A stretch of DNA of 64,000 bases from Octopus sinensis (lineage: Eukaryota), in the NCBI RefSeq assembly GCF_006345805.1, contig NC_042997.1:111600001-111664000 (forward strand), written 5' to 3'. This document shows, in pieces, positions 50,521 through 64,000 of the stretch. The notes beneath the pieces are model-generated. The model was not told where the DNA came from. It saw nothing but the letters and a program-made list of their open reading frames with translations, and searched no databases. Made by a program: the position numbers and the translations under genes. Each line of letters starts with the position of its first letter. Positions within the stretch are counted from its first letter, which is position 1.

Positions 50521-51919
50521 GGGTGAAACACAGAACTGAGTTGAAGTGGGTGGGTCCTCTCAAAGACATCATATCACCAGACATCCTAGTCCGTTGTCAT
50601 CTCCACGAGGCTCAGCATCCTCACCACTTCATCCCATGTCTTTCTCAGTCTCCCTCTTTCACAGGTGCCATCCACTTTTAGCGATTGGCACTTCTTTATA
50701 CAAGCTTAAAAAAATCCTTACATAATGATAGAATTATCATCATTGAAAATCTATTTTCTAAGCTGGTATGGATTGGGCACAGTTTCTATTGCTGGATACC
50801 CTTCCCAATGCCAACCACTTTTAACAGGGTGTACTGAGTGTTTTTTTTTTTTTTACATGGCATCAGCACACCAACACCAGCGCATTTTTTATGAGGCACC
50901 AACACCTGTGCTTTTATGCCACTCCAGATCCTTTCTCTAGTCCCTAAGATATTTGTACGAACAGTAAATCTGTTTCAAGCTTAATTCTTAAGTAATGATG
51001 GAATATATTTAGATATTTTCTTCTTTGGGAATAAATCTCATGAAAAGAAAATCAACAAAGAATGAACTTAATTGCTCACAATGGACAATAGAAAATTTAA
51101 GGGTCAACATACTAGAAATTTAGCATTATAGAACAAAGGAGAGAAAAGTTTGGTGACGTAGGTGTGCTGATGATGATAACATGGATATTTGTAGAAGAAT
51201 TAGGCCAAGAATGAAAAGGCATGAACTAAAATGCTAGACTGTGGAAGTAAAGAACTGCTGATCAATGTCAGAGTAAACAGGTGGGTGAGAGAAATCAATG
51301 CTGAATGAAATTATCAAGGGAAACTAGTGTATGCAAATGAAACAACATCCAATTAAAACAGACATCTGTGTATCATAAGAGAATATACAAGCATTGAAAG
51401 GCATGATACTGTGGTTTTTGTCTGAGACAAAATCTCAAAAACAGGTGTTAAAAACACAAAAGCAAGACGAACATTGTTTCAGCAGTGACTCATGGAGCAG
51501 ACAACCCCACGGCAGGATTTGAAATCAGTACACAGAGAGGAGAAACAAATACTGCAAGGCACTCGGTCTGTTTAACCCTTTAGCATTTAGATTACTCTGT
51601 CAATTGCTGCACCTATTTATTCTTTTCTACTGTAGGCACAAGGCTCGAAATTTTTAGGGAGGGTGCCAGTTGATTAGATTGACTCCAGTACACAACTGGT
51701 ACTTAATTTATTGACCCCGAAAGGATGAAAGGCAAAGTTGACCTCGCCAGAATTTGAACTCAGAACATAAAGACAGACGAAATACCACTAAGCATTTCGC
51801 TCAGCGTGCTAACGTTTCTGTCAGCTTGCTGCCTTTGCACCTATTTATTCACTATGTTTTGAATTAATCACATATTATTGCGTCACTTCAAAATTTCAGT
51901 AATGTAATTGCTTTACTTG

Positions 51920-53022
51920 TGGAAGCAAAACCTGGAATCTAAGGCTCTTAAAGTTATCTTAGCAGAGACTAAGGTCCTAGTAGGCTAGAAAACTGACAGG
52001 ACCCTACCCCACTCAGGTAGGTGGACCTGTTCGATTTGTAGGAAAGGTATAGGCAGGAACTCCATACAGGGTACCCAGTGCAAGTTATGGACAAACAAGA
52101 AGTGCAGTGGGTAAATTAGAAGTTTATCAGAGAAGATGGTTTTCATATGTGGAAGATGCACAGCATCCATAGAAACTTTAGAGACTCAGGAAATTGATTC
52201 TCTCAAAAGCTTTGGTGGCTCATTAAAGGTAGGAGATAATTTCTGCTACCTAGGGGACCAAGTTATTGGAGGGGAAGGATGCATGGAGAGTGTGATAGCC
52301 TAGAATAAGAATAGGATGGAGGAAATTCAGAGAGCTTTCATCTCTGTTGGCTACGAAAGGTTTCTCTCTCAAAGGGAAAGGAAGATTGTATGATGCATGT
52401 ATATGGAGAGCAATTCTACATGGTAGTGAGATGTGGGCCCTGAATGCAGAGGACATGCAAAGGTTAAAAAGGAATGAGGCTAGTATGCTTTGCTGGATGT
52501 GTAATGTAAGTGTACACGTTCAACAGAGTGCTAATGTATTGAAAGAGAAGTTAAGAGGAATTTGTTGCTGTGGGCAAAAGAGAAGAGTGTGCTGGTTAAG
52601 TCATGTGATGCAGATGGATGCCAACAGCTCCATAAAAAAGGGTCAATCTCTCAAAATGGATGGAACACATGGGACAAAGTATTAAAGAATGCTCTCAGGA
52701 CACTGAACCTTTCAGGCAAGATGACAAAGGAACCGAGGTACCTGACACCTTGAGGTACGCAAAAAACCCCATACCCTGCAGTAGAAGTGTTAAGACCAGT
52801 CCCTCTGGTGATGTAAAGCACTTGCGGCAGTGCCACATAAAAATCGCTATGTGGTGCCATGTAAGAGCACCCGTGTGGTAACACATAAAAGCACCCAACA
52901 CACTCTGTAAGTGGTTGGCATTAGGAAGGACATCCAGCTGTAGAAACCATGCCAAATGAAACTGGAGCCTGGGGTAGCTCCCCAGCTTGCCAGCTCTGGT
53001 GAACGGATGTTAAATGATGATA
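51920..53022 (+). mobile_element. RTE-clade LINE 3' fragment incl. 3'UTR
   Basis: WTCSICRKGIGRNSIQ..QCKLWTNKKCSG, DNFCYLGD, RIRIGWRKFREL, KGKGRLYDACIWRAILHGSEMWALNAEDMQRLKRNE..MLCWMCNV. Ends in the family-C tail. Confidence 0.88.
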
Positions 53023-53839
53023 AAGATGAATGGCATTATAGGGTAGGAGTGAGAGGCTGGATCTAGTCAATCTGAACATAAACAGGTAGAATATTTGGGC
53101 CAGACACAGCCAGTTTGAATACTAAAGGGTTAATTAAAATCCTTGAAGGCAAAGCCCCAGCATGACCCCAGTAACGCAATAATATAAAAAGAAAGAGTAC
53201 AGATTTACTTCTTGGGAATTTCCTTTACTGATGACCTGGTTCTCATAGCAGAACCTGTTGAAAGAAAAGTCCCAAACCTGAGAGAATGGTAGGGAGTCCA
53301 ACATCTATAAAATCAACAAAAACTGGAATGTGAAGACTCCATTAATAAAGGGCAGAGCATCTCAAGGACATGTGTGGACTAATGTTTGTTTTACATTAAT
53401 CTGAAGGGTTACTCTATTCAGTTTATAGTATAAATTTGTTATTCCTTAAGAATATTATTGGCAGTGACTTTGACAATGGCTTACCTGGCCAAAACTTTAG
53501 ACTGTGATGCATTGAAGTTAATCTTGGCTTTATATAGTCTCTGTTGGGTTATTATGAGGAGGTGTTTTGGAGAAATTTTTATTAACCTCATGACATCACA
53601 GTCTGAGGGTGAACTACTGGCCAAAACTTCGAAGTCACTGTCAATAATATTCTTGTTTAAGAATTATATATATATATAAATGGCGGTGCCCCAGCATGGC
53701 CACAGCTCATGAGCTGAAACTAAATAAAATAAAATAAAAATAAAAAATATCATCATCATTGTTTAACGTCCACTTTCCATGCTAGCATGGGTTGGACGAT
53801 TTGACTGAGTGCTGGCAAACCAGATGGCTGCACCAGCCA

Positions 53840-53871
<32 letters not shown>

Positions 53872-54764
53872 CCCTTGTCCTGACATCATATGATAGCTGT
53901 AAACAAGTATCATCATTATATAAGCAACATAGCATGTTTCCTGTAAACAGGTGAAGGTCAGCAACAAGAAGGGCATTCTGCCATAGGAAATCTGCCTCAA
54001 CAAATCCAGTCTGACCCATGTAGGCATGGGGGAAAAAATGGACACTCAACTGATGATGATAAACAATCCAAAAGCATCTCAAGAATACTCAGAGAGAACC
54101 AGGACTGAAAAATCATTCGGAAGGTGTTAAGAATGGTTAAGATGAGGGCCAACGAAGCTCATTAGTTAATCAGAAGATTCGTTAAATATAGCAAGTTATT
54201 TATTATTTAGGTGATTGGTCAGTACTGGAGATTGGTGTAGAAGTATGGTTCTGTGGTTAAGTTTGTTTATCAATCACAGTTTGGTGTCCAGTTCCAGAGA
54301 CTCAGAACCTCAAGTACACACACACACACAGTTCTGGATTCAGTCCTACTGCATGGCATGGATCACACAAAGCGTTGCACATAGATTTGGTAGAGGGAAA
54401 CTGAAAGAAGCCTACTGTGTACACACACAAACACACATGCGTGTGGGTGTTTGTGTGTCTTTGTCTTGACATATCATCATCATCATTATTTAATGCCCGT
54501 CTTCCATGCTGGCATGGGCTGGACAGTTTGACCAGAGCTGGCAAGGTCAGAGGCCACACCAGGTTCTCATAGTTGTAACATGAGCATCACTATTATGCAT
54601 GAGATGTAATATTCTGTGAGAACATGTCTGGCTATGAAGGGAGATAACTTTGCTTGGAAACAGGTGAGGGTTGGTGACAGGAAAAGCATCCAGCTATGGA
54701 AAATCTGCCTCAACCGCATCCAACTTATGCTTACATGGAAAAGTAGATGTTAAAATGGTGATCA

Positions 54765-54796
54765 TACATACACACCACACATATGTACATACATGT

Positions 54797-54837
<41 letters not shown>

Positions 54838-54976
54838 TATATACATATATATACATACATATATACATGCATACACACACATATACATGCATACACACAC
54901 ACATATACATGCACACACAAATTTATATACATACATGCAAACATATATAGATACATACATATGCACACACACACAC

Positions 54977-55009
<33 letters not shown>

Positions 55010-55050
55010 TATACATATACACACACATATACATACACACACACACACAT
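54765..55050. repeat. Compound (TA)/(CA)/(TACA) microsatellite; similar at 59743-59921
   Basis: Direct reading. Confidence 0.9.
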
Positions 55051-56243
55051 CATTTTAACCTCCATTTTCCCATGCAAGCATGGGTCAGGCAGAATTTGTG
55101 GAGGTGAATCTTCCACAGCCAGACACCTTTCCAGTCACCAACCCTCGCTCGTTTTCAAGCAAGGTCGTATTTCCTCATGGCCAGACACGTCTTCTCAGAA
55201 TATCGGCAATGAACGACACTGCCTTCCATCACAGTGATACACACTGCCAAGAACCATGATCATGCAATGTTACGACACGAAGAAACACACGCAATGATAT
55301 TTATTCTGTTGGACTGAAACAATAACAGAGATTCTTACGTAATCCTTGCAAAAACGAAAATATCGATAACATTGATGATAACGATCATCATCATCATACT
55401 GTTGGTGATGACAATCATGGTGATGATGGATGTAATGATGATGATGAGCCCCGACAATGGATTCAAAACAAACTTTGTTAATCATTGTGAACAGGAAAGA
55501 GAAATATTGGTCGAGAAAGACATTTGTCTACAACAGTCATGAAAATAGGTGGAAAAACAGGAAATCTTGGCAATTAAAAGAGCAGTAAGATTACTGTTAT
55601 TTTTATTATTAATTTTTCTATTATTTTTTTTATCATTGTTCTTGTTTTTATCGAGTTATTTTTGCTATTATTATTATCATTGTTGTTGTTGCATTGAGCA
55701 AGAGAAACAAGTTGTTTGTGATAACCGTGCAGCAAACTAATGCACTCAGGCGTTCTCTCCAACACGAAAATATAGATAAGAAAACACCAACAATGGATTT
55801 ATCTAGAAAACAAAAACAAACAAACAAAAATACAACATAATAAATGGAATAAAGTTTAGTTTTTTAAAAAAATAAATAAATGGAGATTGTATGAGTTCAT
55901 TAAAAAAAAAACAAATTGCAAGTTTGGATTGAAATAAAATAAAATGACAAACTATACATAACTGTATGCATGCACATATGCTCAGGTATTGTGTATGCAT
56001 TTATGTGTGTGTACATATATACACACACAGGCGAAAGAGTGGGGTGTGTGTGATAAATAGCTTGCTTACCAAACACATGGTTCTGGGTTCAGTCCCACTG
56101 TGTGGCACCTTGGGCAAATGTCTTCTACTATAGCCTTGGGCCGACCAAAGCCTTGTGAGAGGATTTGGTAGATGGAAACTGAAAGAAGCCTGTCCGGTAG
56201 CCACTACACACATTTTTTTTCTCTCCTTGTTTTTTCTGTGTCC

Positions 56244-56279
56244 CTTTCTGTAGAAGAGCGTAGGCTCAAAACGTAAAAA
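56244..56279 (+). ncRNA. Degenerate minimal hammerhead-like motif (same family as 7730-7765)
   Basis: CTTT-CTGTAGA-A GAGC gtag GCTC-AAAACGT A-AAA, followed by the same tail as at 7770-7830. Confidence 0.4.
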
Positions 56280-56373
56280 AAAACTTTTTCTATTCCTGAG
56301 CTTTATACTAATACATCTGTTTGTTTTGTACACCACCTATCTTCGTCTTTTGTTTTTTCGTGAACTCTCCCCC

Positions 56374-56422
<49 letters not shown>

Positions 56423-58448
56423 ATGTTTGTCCCCCCAACATCGATTGACAACTGATACTGGTGTGTTTATGTCTCCATAACTTAGTGGTTAAGCAAAAGA
56501 AATCAACAGAATAAGTACTAGGCTTACAAAGAATAGGTCCTGGGGTTGATTTACTTGATGCCCCAGCATGATCGAAGTCAAATGGCTGAAACAAATAAAA
56601 GAAAAAGAACACACAAAGTGTTTCATATACACACACCTAATGTTTCTAATACGTGTGAGTGTGTGTGTGCACGCGTTGACATGGCTGCGTGGTTAGAAAT
56701 TTGTTTCCCAACCACATGATTCCAGGTTCAGCCCCACTGTGTAGTAAAACCTGGTCCTCTATTACAGTCCCCCAGCCTGGATCTATAACAGACATTTGCC
56801 CAAGGTGCCATGCAGGGGTACTGAACCCAGAACCATGTGGTTGGGAAGCAAACCTCTTACAACAGTCATGCTTGATCCTGTGTTTCTATGAAAACAAAAC
56901 AAAAAAACAGGATGGTCACAGATGGAATGTCTTTGCTAACAGGTCTATTGTATGAAAGTTGACCAGGAGCTGAACCACAGCAACAACCACCTCAAAGAGA
57001 CCAACCAGTACAGGAGTGATTGGTGTGTTAATAAAGGATCTATTATCAGTTGTATAATTGGTTCAACAACATTAAATTAAATTAATGATGCCAGATGTCA
57101 GGGGTTCAAAACCTCTGTATAGTACCATTGTTTATCACTAGATAATACTTTTGTCAGTGCCATCTGTTTAATAACCAGCAGCAGCATTCTTATTTTGGCT
57201 GACATTAATAAGGGAATCTAGCCAAATAATTAAATATAGATAGTACTTGAGCAGAATGTTTAAATTTGGACCCCACCACCACCACCAACCGACCTACTAT
57301 CCCATTCCAACACACACACACAATTATAGATATAGATGTAGTTTATTTTTTTCTTTCTTTTTCTTATTTCTTTATGAACAGCTGAAGACAAAAGTGACTG
57401 AAAGAGAAAGAGTAATAAAGAGTAAAATATTCCAGAAAATACTTTCCAATAATTTTTTTTTTGTCTATTGAAGTTGCTGGAAGGCGCAAAACCTGGAGCT
57501 AAATCATTAGATTGGCAGCTTCAACATTTTGGTTTGAACTCCAAACACCTCCCTGTCTTCATTGACGGCTCCCTTTTTTTTGCTTTGAGAAAGAGAATCT
57601 CTCACAAATGAAATTAGTGTCTTTCACCGTCTGTTCGATGCCAACAAACCCAGAATAGTTTGCCAAGAAACAAACAAAAATGGAGAAGACAAGACAAAAG
57701 TAAACATTAATTAATACACAGTCATCAGTTGCTGTAGCAATGATCAAAATACTAACGAGCAATCAGCTAATCAGTTTAAATTCGTCTACCTCCAAGTGTG
57801 TAGACGGCACTTTGTACTGTTATTTATGCATGTTTCTACAGAGAAGTTTCTTTGTGGGGGTTGAATGTTACTGCAAATTCAGAGATTTGTATTGATTGGG
57901 GGGGGGGACTACTCTCTGAATCATAACTGTTCAGATGTAAACTGAGTTTTAGGAGTTAGTGAATGAAGGACAGTACCCATGACATTTGTAGGCCTGTCTC
58001 TCAGATTGGTAGGAGTAAATGTATGAAGATGAGGCAATGATGCAGTGCCCATGACATTTCCAATCGATGTGATGAACCTGCAGTCATACCCTGACTGACA
58101 AGAGTGTTGCAGTTAATATCCAGCCTCAACATCTAAAGGCAGGGTATTAACAGAGTTTCACCAGAATGAGAGGTTGAAAAGACAAAGGACCAGTAACAAA
58201 CTCTCCTCTTCAGCTAAGCTCCTTCAGAATTTTTAAGTTCCATTTAAAAAGGAAGGTGAAGCTGGAGAGGGAGATTGCACTCCACCTCAATAGATTTATT
58301 GGAAAGTGGGTGAATGTCACAAGGATATCCCTTACTCTACCAGTCTTTTTTGCTGAACTTCTAAGTTATGGGACATGAACTAACCAACACCAGTTGTCAA
58401 GCAGCGTTGGGGGGAAAAAACACAAAGACACACACACACACACACACA

Positions 58449-58665
58449 CAAGGGGGTTCTGGGAAAGTTTCTGGCTTTAAGTGTATTGTAAAAGGCCTAG
58501 TTGGAGGCCCAACCTTCCAAGTTCTTTTGCAGGGCTTTGAAAAACTGAAGGACTGCTGCAATAAGTGCGTAAATCTGAGAGGGATATATGGTGAATAAAA
58601 TCATAATTTACTGATCTTCCTGTATTTTCTTTTACCCAAAGCCAAGAACTTTACAGCACCCCCTT
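58449..58665 (+). mobile_element. Internally deleted mariner derivative
   Basis: Ends CAAGGGGGTTCTGGGAAAGTTTCTGGCTTT / AAAGCCAAGAACTTTACAGCACCCCCTTG. The internal QGFEKLKDCCNKCVNLRGIYGE resembles a transposase C-terminus. Confidence 0.7.
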
Positions 58666-58697
58666 GTGTGTGCGTGTGTGTGTATGTATATATATGT

Positions 58698-58998
58698 GGA
58701 GGCGCAATGGCCCAGTGGTTAGGGCAGCGGACTTACAGTCGTAAGATCGCGGTTTCGATTCCCAGACCGGGCGTTGTGCGTGTTTATTGAGCGAAAACAC
58801 CTAAAGCTCTATGAGGTTCCGGCAGGGGGTGGTGGTGATCCCTGCTGTGCTCTTTCACCACAACTTTCTCTCACTCTTTCTTCTGTTGGCCTGCTCGCTT
58901 AGCCAGCGGGGTGGCATCATTTGAAGGCTAAAACAATGTGAAGCGCATTGTGACTAGCGATGTGTAGCAACATCTGATAGCCTGGTCAATCACGGTAA
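58698..58998 (+). mobile_element. tRNA-derived SINE family D, CpG-rich (young)
   Basis: A box TGGCCCAGTGG and B box GGTTTCGATTCC in a tRNA-like head, then a non-tRNA body, inserted in a (TA) microsatellite. Confidence 0.75.
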
Positions 58999-59004
58999 TA
59001 TCTA

Positions 59005-59049
<45 letters not shown>

Positions 59050-59219
59050 GATATATATATATATATACATACATACATACATACAAAGTAGGGGGGTTTA
59101 GTTCACAGGTGATCTAAACAATTAGGTATGCTAGCTAAGTGCTGTAACAGATTACCAGGGCTCCAAGGTTAAAGCCAAGATGGTAGTTATGGAGCCATTG
59201 CAGATTTCTGATATAGCCG

Positions 59220-59748
59220 ATATATAATTGTTAAAGAGGACAACAAGCGTTAAGGCAAGGCAAATATCTCAAATTATATACATTATTATTATTATTGGAA
59301 AAAAAATTCAAAGTCTTGCAGTTGTTTCTGGGATATCCCAGAGTATGGGATATTCTGTCATCGGAGACAAATGGGGAAAATGAGAAGGGTATAGATTAAT
59401 GAAATGATGACAGAGGACAAGAGAAAAGGAATAAGGAGATGAAGAAAGAAGAAAAAAGAAGCATAAAAGTTCAATTTTCTGATTGTGTAAAAGTAAGTCC
59501 ATAAGTCCTTTAGGTGCAATCGTTTTTTTCTTTGCTTCATCTCCCTACTCCTTTACTCTTGTCCTCTATGTCATCATTTCATTAATCTAAACCTCTCCCA
59601 TTTTCCCTATTTGTCTGCGATGACAGAATATCCCATATTCTGGGATAACTCAGAAACAGCTGTAAGACTTTGAATTTTTCTAATAATAACATGACTTGAG
59701 ATGTTTGCTTTGCCTTAACATTTGATGTCCTCTTTAACAATTATATAT
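59220..59748. repeat. Large fold-back palindrome (~245-bp arms), each arm carrying a hammerhead-like motif
   Basis: Arms 59220-~59470 and ~59509-59748 are inverted copies. Right arm: GTCT-GCGATGA-CAGAATAT ccc ATATTCTG..-GAAAC-AGCT-GT-A-AGAC (59613-59668). Left arm equivalent with CCGATGA on the minus strand (59313-59368). Confidence 0.85.
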
Positions 59749-61784
59749 ACATATATATATATATACATATACACATATACATATACATACATACATACAT
59801 ATACATACATACATACATATACATACATACATACATATACATACATACATACATATACATACATACATATACATACATACATACATATACATACATACAT
59901 ACATATACATACATACATACATGGTGGGCCTCTTTCAATTTCCATCTACCAGATCCACTAACAAGGCTTTGGTTGGCCTGAAGTTATTGTCGAAGTCACT
60001 TGCTCAAGGTAAGTATTATCATCATTATTTAAGGTGCTAACAGCAAACAAGTACATTAACTTTTTGCCAATTAATGTAGGTTAATAGTAGATGAAGTGAA
60101 TGAATAGCAGGACCCAGAAAGTACAATATACAAATTAGCTTTCATGAATTCTCATGGAAGTATTCACCCGATTGCATGTGAGAGAGAGGAGGGGAAGAGA
60201 GAACTCGATGATTTGTCCACTCAGCTTGGGTCACCATTGCCATTTAACATCCATTTTCCATGCTGGCATGAGTTGGACAGGTTGACAGGAGCTGACAAAG
60301 GTAGAGGACTGCACCAGGCCCCAATTGTCTGTTTTGGCATGATTTCTACAATTGGATGCCATTCCTAATGCCAACCACTATACAGTGTTACTGCATGTTG
60401 TTTATGTGGCATCAGCACAAGTGCTTTATAAATGATGATGAGGATGATGATGGGAGGGAGAGAATAAAGAACAGAAAATATCTTAAGAAAAAAGAACACA
60501 GCCACAGGAGTGGTTGTATGGTAAGTAGCTTGCTTCCCAACCACATGGTTCCGGGTTCATTCCCACTGCGTGGCACCTTGGGCAAGTGTCTTCTATTATA
60601 TCCTCAGGTTGACGAAAGCCTTGCGAGTGGATTTGGTAGACGGAAACTGAAAGCAGCCCATCATATATGTATGTATGCATGCATGTGTGTGTATGCATTT
60701 GACAACTGATGTCGGTGTGTTTATGTCCCTGTAACTTAGTGATTCAGCAAAAGAACCGACAGAATAAGTACTAGGCTTACAAAGAATAAGTCCTGGGGTC
60801 TATTTGCTTGACTAAAGGCGGTGCTCCAGCATGGCCACAGTCAAAATGAATGAAATAAATAAAAGAATAAAAGAACAGTTTAAAACAAACCGGTAATTAT
60901 AAAATTTAACCCCTGTGTAAATATAGATCGGAAACAAAGAACACAGTCTGCAAACGCTAAACAAAGAATATTTACAATGGATCTGCCACCCTCTCGCAAC
61001 ATATATAATTCATTAAATTCAGTGTCAATAGTAAAGTTGAAATGTAAACAACCAAATAAAACAAACAAACAAACAAGCCACAAAAATACTGAAGTTTGTC
61101 AACAAGAAGACTGTTTCTGTTTACAAAACGTGAAACTGGTTTGTAGAACAGTTTATGTGAACAGCACTTGTTTAATTGGTATTTATACAACACTGTGACA
61201 TGAAGAAGACCCTGAATGCACGAACAGGCACAGCCATGGTTGTGTGGTAAGAAACTTGCTTCCCAACCACGTGGTTCCAGGTTCAGTCCCACTGTGTGAT
61301 ACCATGGGAAAGTGTCTTCTGCCATAGCCTCAGACCAACCAGAGCTTTGTGAGTGGTTTCATAGATGGAATAGACGGAAACTGAAAGAAGCCCATCCTAT
61401 ATGTATGTATGTATGTATGTATGTGTATGTGTGTGTGTGTTCCTTGTCTTGAACTCGCTTGAAGTTGTAGAAGAGTACCATTGTCATACAAGCAGTGTCA
61501 TTCAGTTCCTCTATTCTGCAAAATCCTGTCTGGTGACGGGGAAATATTACTTTTCTTGGAAACAGGTGAAGGTTGGTGACAGCAAGAGCATCCAGCTTTT
61601 AAAAAAAAATCTGCTTCAATTAATCCTGCCTGACCCATGCAAGCATGGAAAAGCAAACATTAAATGATGACGATAAGGGGGTGAGGTGGGGAAAGGGGGT
61701 GAGGGGGAAGAGAGAGAGAGGGGGGCAGGAAAGAAAGGGAGTGAGAGAAGGGGGAGAGAATTTATTTCTGTCACAAAAGCTCAC

Positions 61785-61931
61785 TTCTCTTGTAAAAAAA
61801 AATTTTTTTAAATAGAAACTGAATATTAAAGCAAGAACAGCATCTCCTTCAAGCACTTCAAAAGAATTCTTCAATATGTCTGCTATAAATACTTGATGAA
61901 ATCTAAAAACCTCAAAGGACTCTAGACTGCA
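61785..61931 (-). other. Candidate exon (147 nt), possibly RSPRY1 5'UTR or another minus-strand gene
   Basis: CTAAT branch-like motif plus GTTTTCTGTTTCCAG| acceptor and GAA|GTGAGC donor in non-repetitive sequence. Translation not recognised. Confidence 0.3.
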
Positions 61932-64000
61932 CTGGAAACAGAAAACATTAGAATTCTGCCCAATAAGCTGAGAGATTTTCAAAATACTTTTATATTTTAT
62001 TGATATCATAGCTTTCTTCAGACTCAGAAAATATAGAATAAAAATGTTTTAAAAAGAAAAAAAATTCCCAAAGAACAGAGAAGCATTTACCATTTTAGCT
62101 GATAGAAAATATGCTAGGATCCTTTTTAACTAAAAAGAAAAATGCAGATGAAAGTGGGGGAAAAAGAACAAAACATCTTGTAAGAGCTTAATTTTCAAAG
62201 AAATCCGTATTGACAAGTGACGGTTTTTGCTGTCCAATCCGTTGGATTTATCTGGAGATTGTTCACCTGATAACGATAAGACACAGAATATTGCAGTAAG
62301 TATATTATTGTTGTATCCAAACATAGATTGGAACTAACAGACTTTATATCAATCTGTAAATATTTCTCCACAGGAGATTACATCATCATCATCATCGGCA
62401 TTGTCTTAACACTGATATTCCCTGCCTTAAGATCCTTCCTAATCTTATCTATGTGACTCAATCATTTAAGATATAACTTCACTTCATCATAAACTGTATT
62501 TGTTCTGCCATTTTATCTCATTGTCTACCAGCAACTCACAGGATTTAGTCATTGTAAGCATTATAAATGTCCATTCTGTGCTAGCGCCACTTATAAAGCA
62601 CCTGTGCTGGGGCAATGCATAAAGTGCTGATGTTGATGCTATGTATAAAGTGCAGGTGCTGGTGCCACATAGAGAGCGCTGGTTCAGGTAAAAAAAACAA
62701 AAAAACACCCAGTACACACTGTAAAGTGGTTGGCATTAAGGAGGGCATCCAGCTGTAGAAACTTTGTTAAAGCAGACAGTTGGAGCTTGGTGCCGCTCCT
62801 GTAAAACTGTCCAACCCATTTCAACATGGAAAACAGACATCAAATGATGATGATGATAATGTTCCAGGCTGGCATGGACAGTCTGAGAGGATCCAATGGG
62901 CCTGAAAAATATATCATGGTTCAATGTCTGCTTTGGCATGGCTTCTATGGCTGGATGTCTTTCTGATGCCAACCACTTTACATAATACATTCGGTGTTTT
63001 TTCACCAGTACTCGTGAGGTCACCATGCACCTTGCAAGACTATAAACCCTGAGAGAAGCAAATTTTTGCTAGGAGAGGAGGGATCAAAGTATGAGGGAAA
63101 GGACCAGAACAACAGGAGTCTTGCTGTAGAGTGGCTATGTGACTATTCACATTTTGAAAGGGAGGAGGGTGGGAGTGACCAGGTGGAGCTAGGGAGGAAT
63201 AAGATTAGGTATAAGATGAGGAGAAATGAGTAAAGAAGGGGGTTGCAAGAGAATATGGGAGTGGGGGTGAGAGACGGGGAATGGCTAAGGGGAGAGGAGG
63301 TAGGTGTAAAGACTGAAGAGTAGATGTAATGAATGATGGGTAAGTGGTGAGGTAGGACCATTGATGCATGGATTGGGGGAGGTAGGGCAGAGTAGGAGAT
63401 GACTGACAGTATGGAGCAGCAGAATGATAATGATGATACAGTAGACAGGAGAAGTACAAAGGACAGATACTATATTTGGATAAGTTACAGGAGTGGGAGG
63501 GGGAGGAGAGAAAAAGGCAGGTATAGTACATGAGAACAGACATAAGATGGAGTAGGAGAAGAGATAATTTGATGACTCAATCAAAATTGATTTTTTTTTT
63601 GTCTATATTTAGTAATAATGACCAGTCAGCCATTTTGTTCCTGTAAAGACCATTTTTGTTTTTTCTTTCTTTTTTTTCAGATATATATTTCTAGAAAACA
63701 TCTGCTATTTATTACAAAATACAATTGGAAAGAAAAGAGTTACCATTATAGATCCCAGCATATCTCACTAATTCAATCTTTCTTATATTTGGTAAAACTC
63801 TCAAGAATTATTCTGTTCCTTTTGTATTAAATACAATTACAGTTTCATGAAGTCCCCCCCACACACACACACCTCTTGAGGTTTCCTAACACATTACTCA
63901 ACCAGATTCTATTACAACAGGAATGGCATAGAATCATTATCATCCAGAATTCCATGTTAAAATATTAAAAACAATAGGATATTGAATTCTGTAGCTGAAA

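Noticed and set aside
58698-58772. tRNA gene
   Set aside because: The tRNA-like head continues into a SINE body with no clean acceptor stem or poly-T terminator. The same holds for the other SINE heads.

Overview
AT-rich, repeat-dense eukaryotic genomic DNA. The SINE/LINE inventory looks like a coleoid cephalopod, most likely Octopus; this is inferred from recognised repeat families, not from a search. Only one host coding exon is convincingly supported: the first coding exon of an RSPRY1 (RING finger and SPRY domain protein 1) orthologue on the minus strand (CDS 9359->8989, with a spliced 5'UTR to 9557). The rest is intronic or upstream sequence. It holds at least four SINE or SINE-like families, RTE, RLE-type and Penelope-like retroelement remnants, mariner/Tc1, piggyBac-like and Merlin/hAT-like MITEs, Helitron/Helentron-type elements, and micro- and minisatellites. 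All long ORFs in the track (20.3-21.3 kb, 43.8-45.2 kb) are tandem-repeat artefacts. The most unusual signal is a set of about eight decayed minimal type-I hammerhead-ribozyme motifs from several families. These include a two-copy element that joins a tRNA-derived Pol III head to a hammerhead tail, and fold-back palindromes built from hammerhead-bearing tails. Together they suggest a Penelope-dependent, ribozyme-carrying non-autonomous retroelement system. A 30-copy 25-bp minisatellite born inside a SINE is also notable. Repeat boundaries are approximate unless a TSD, TIR or splice site is quoted.
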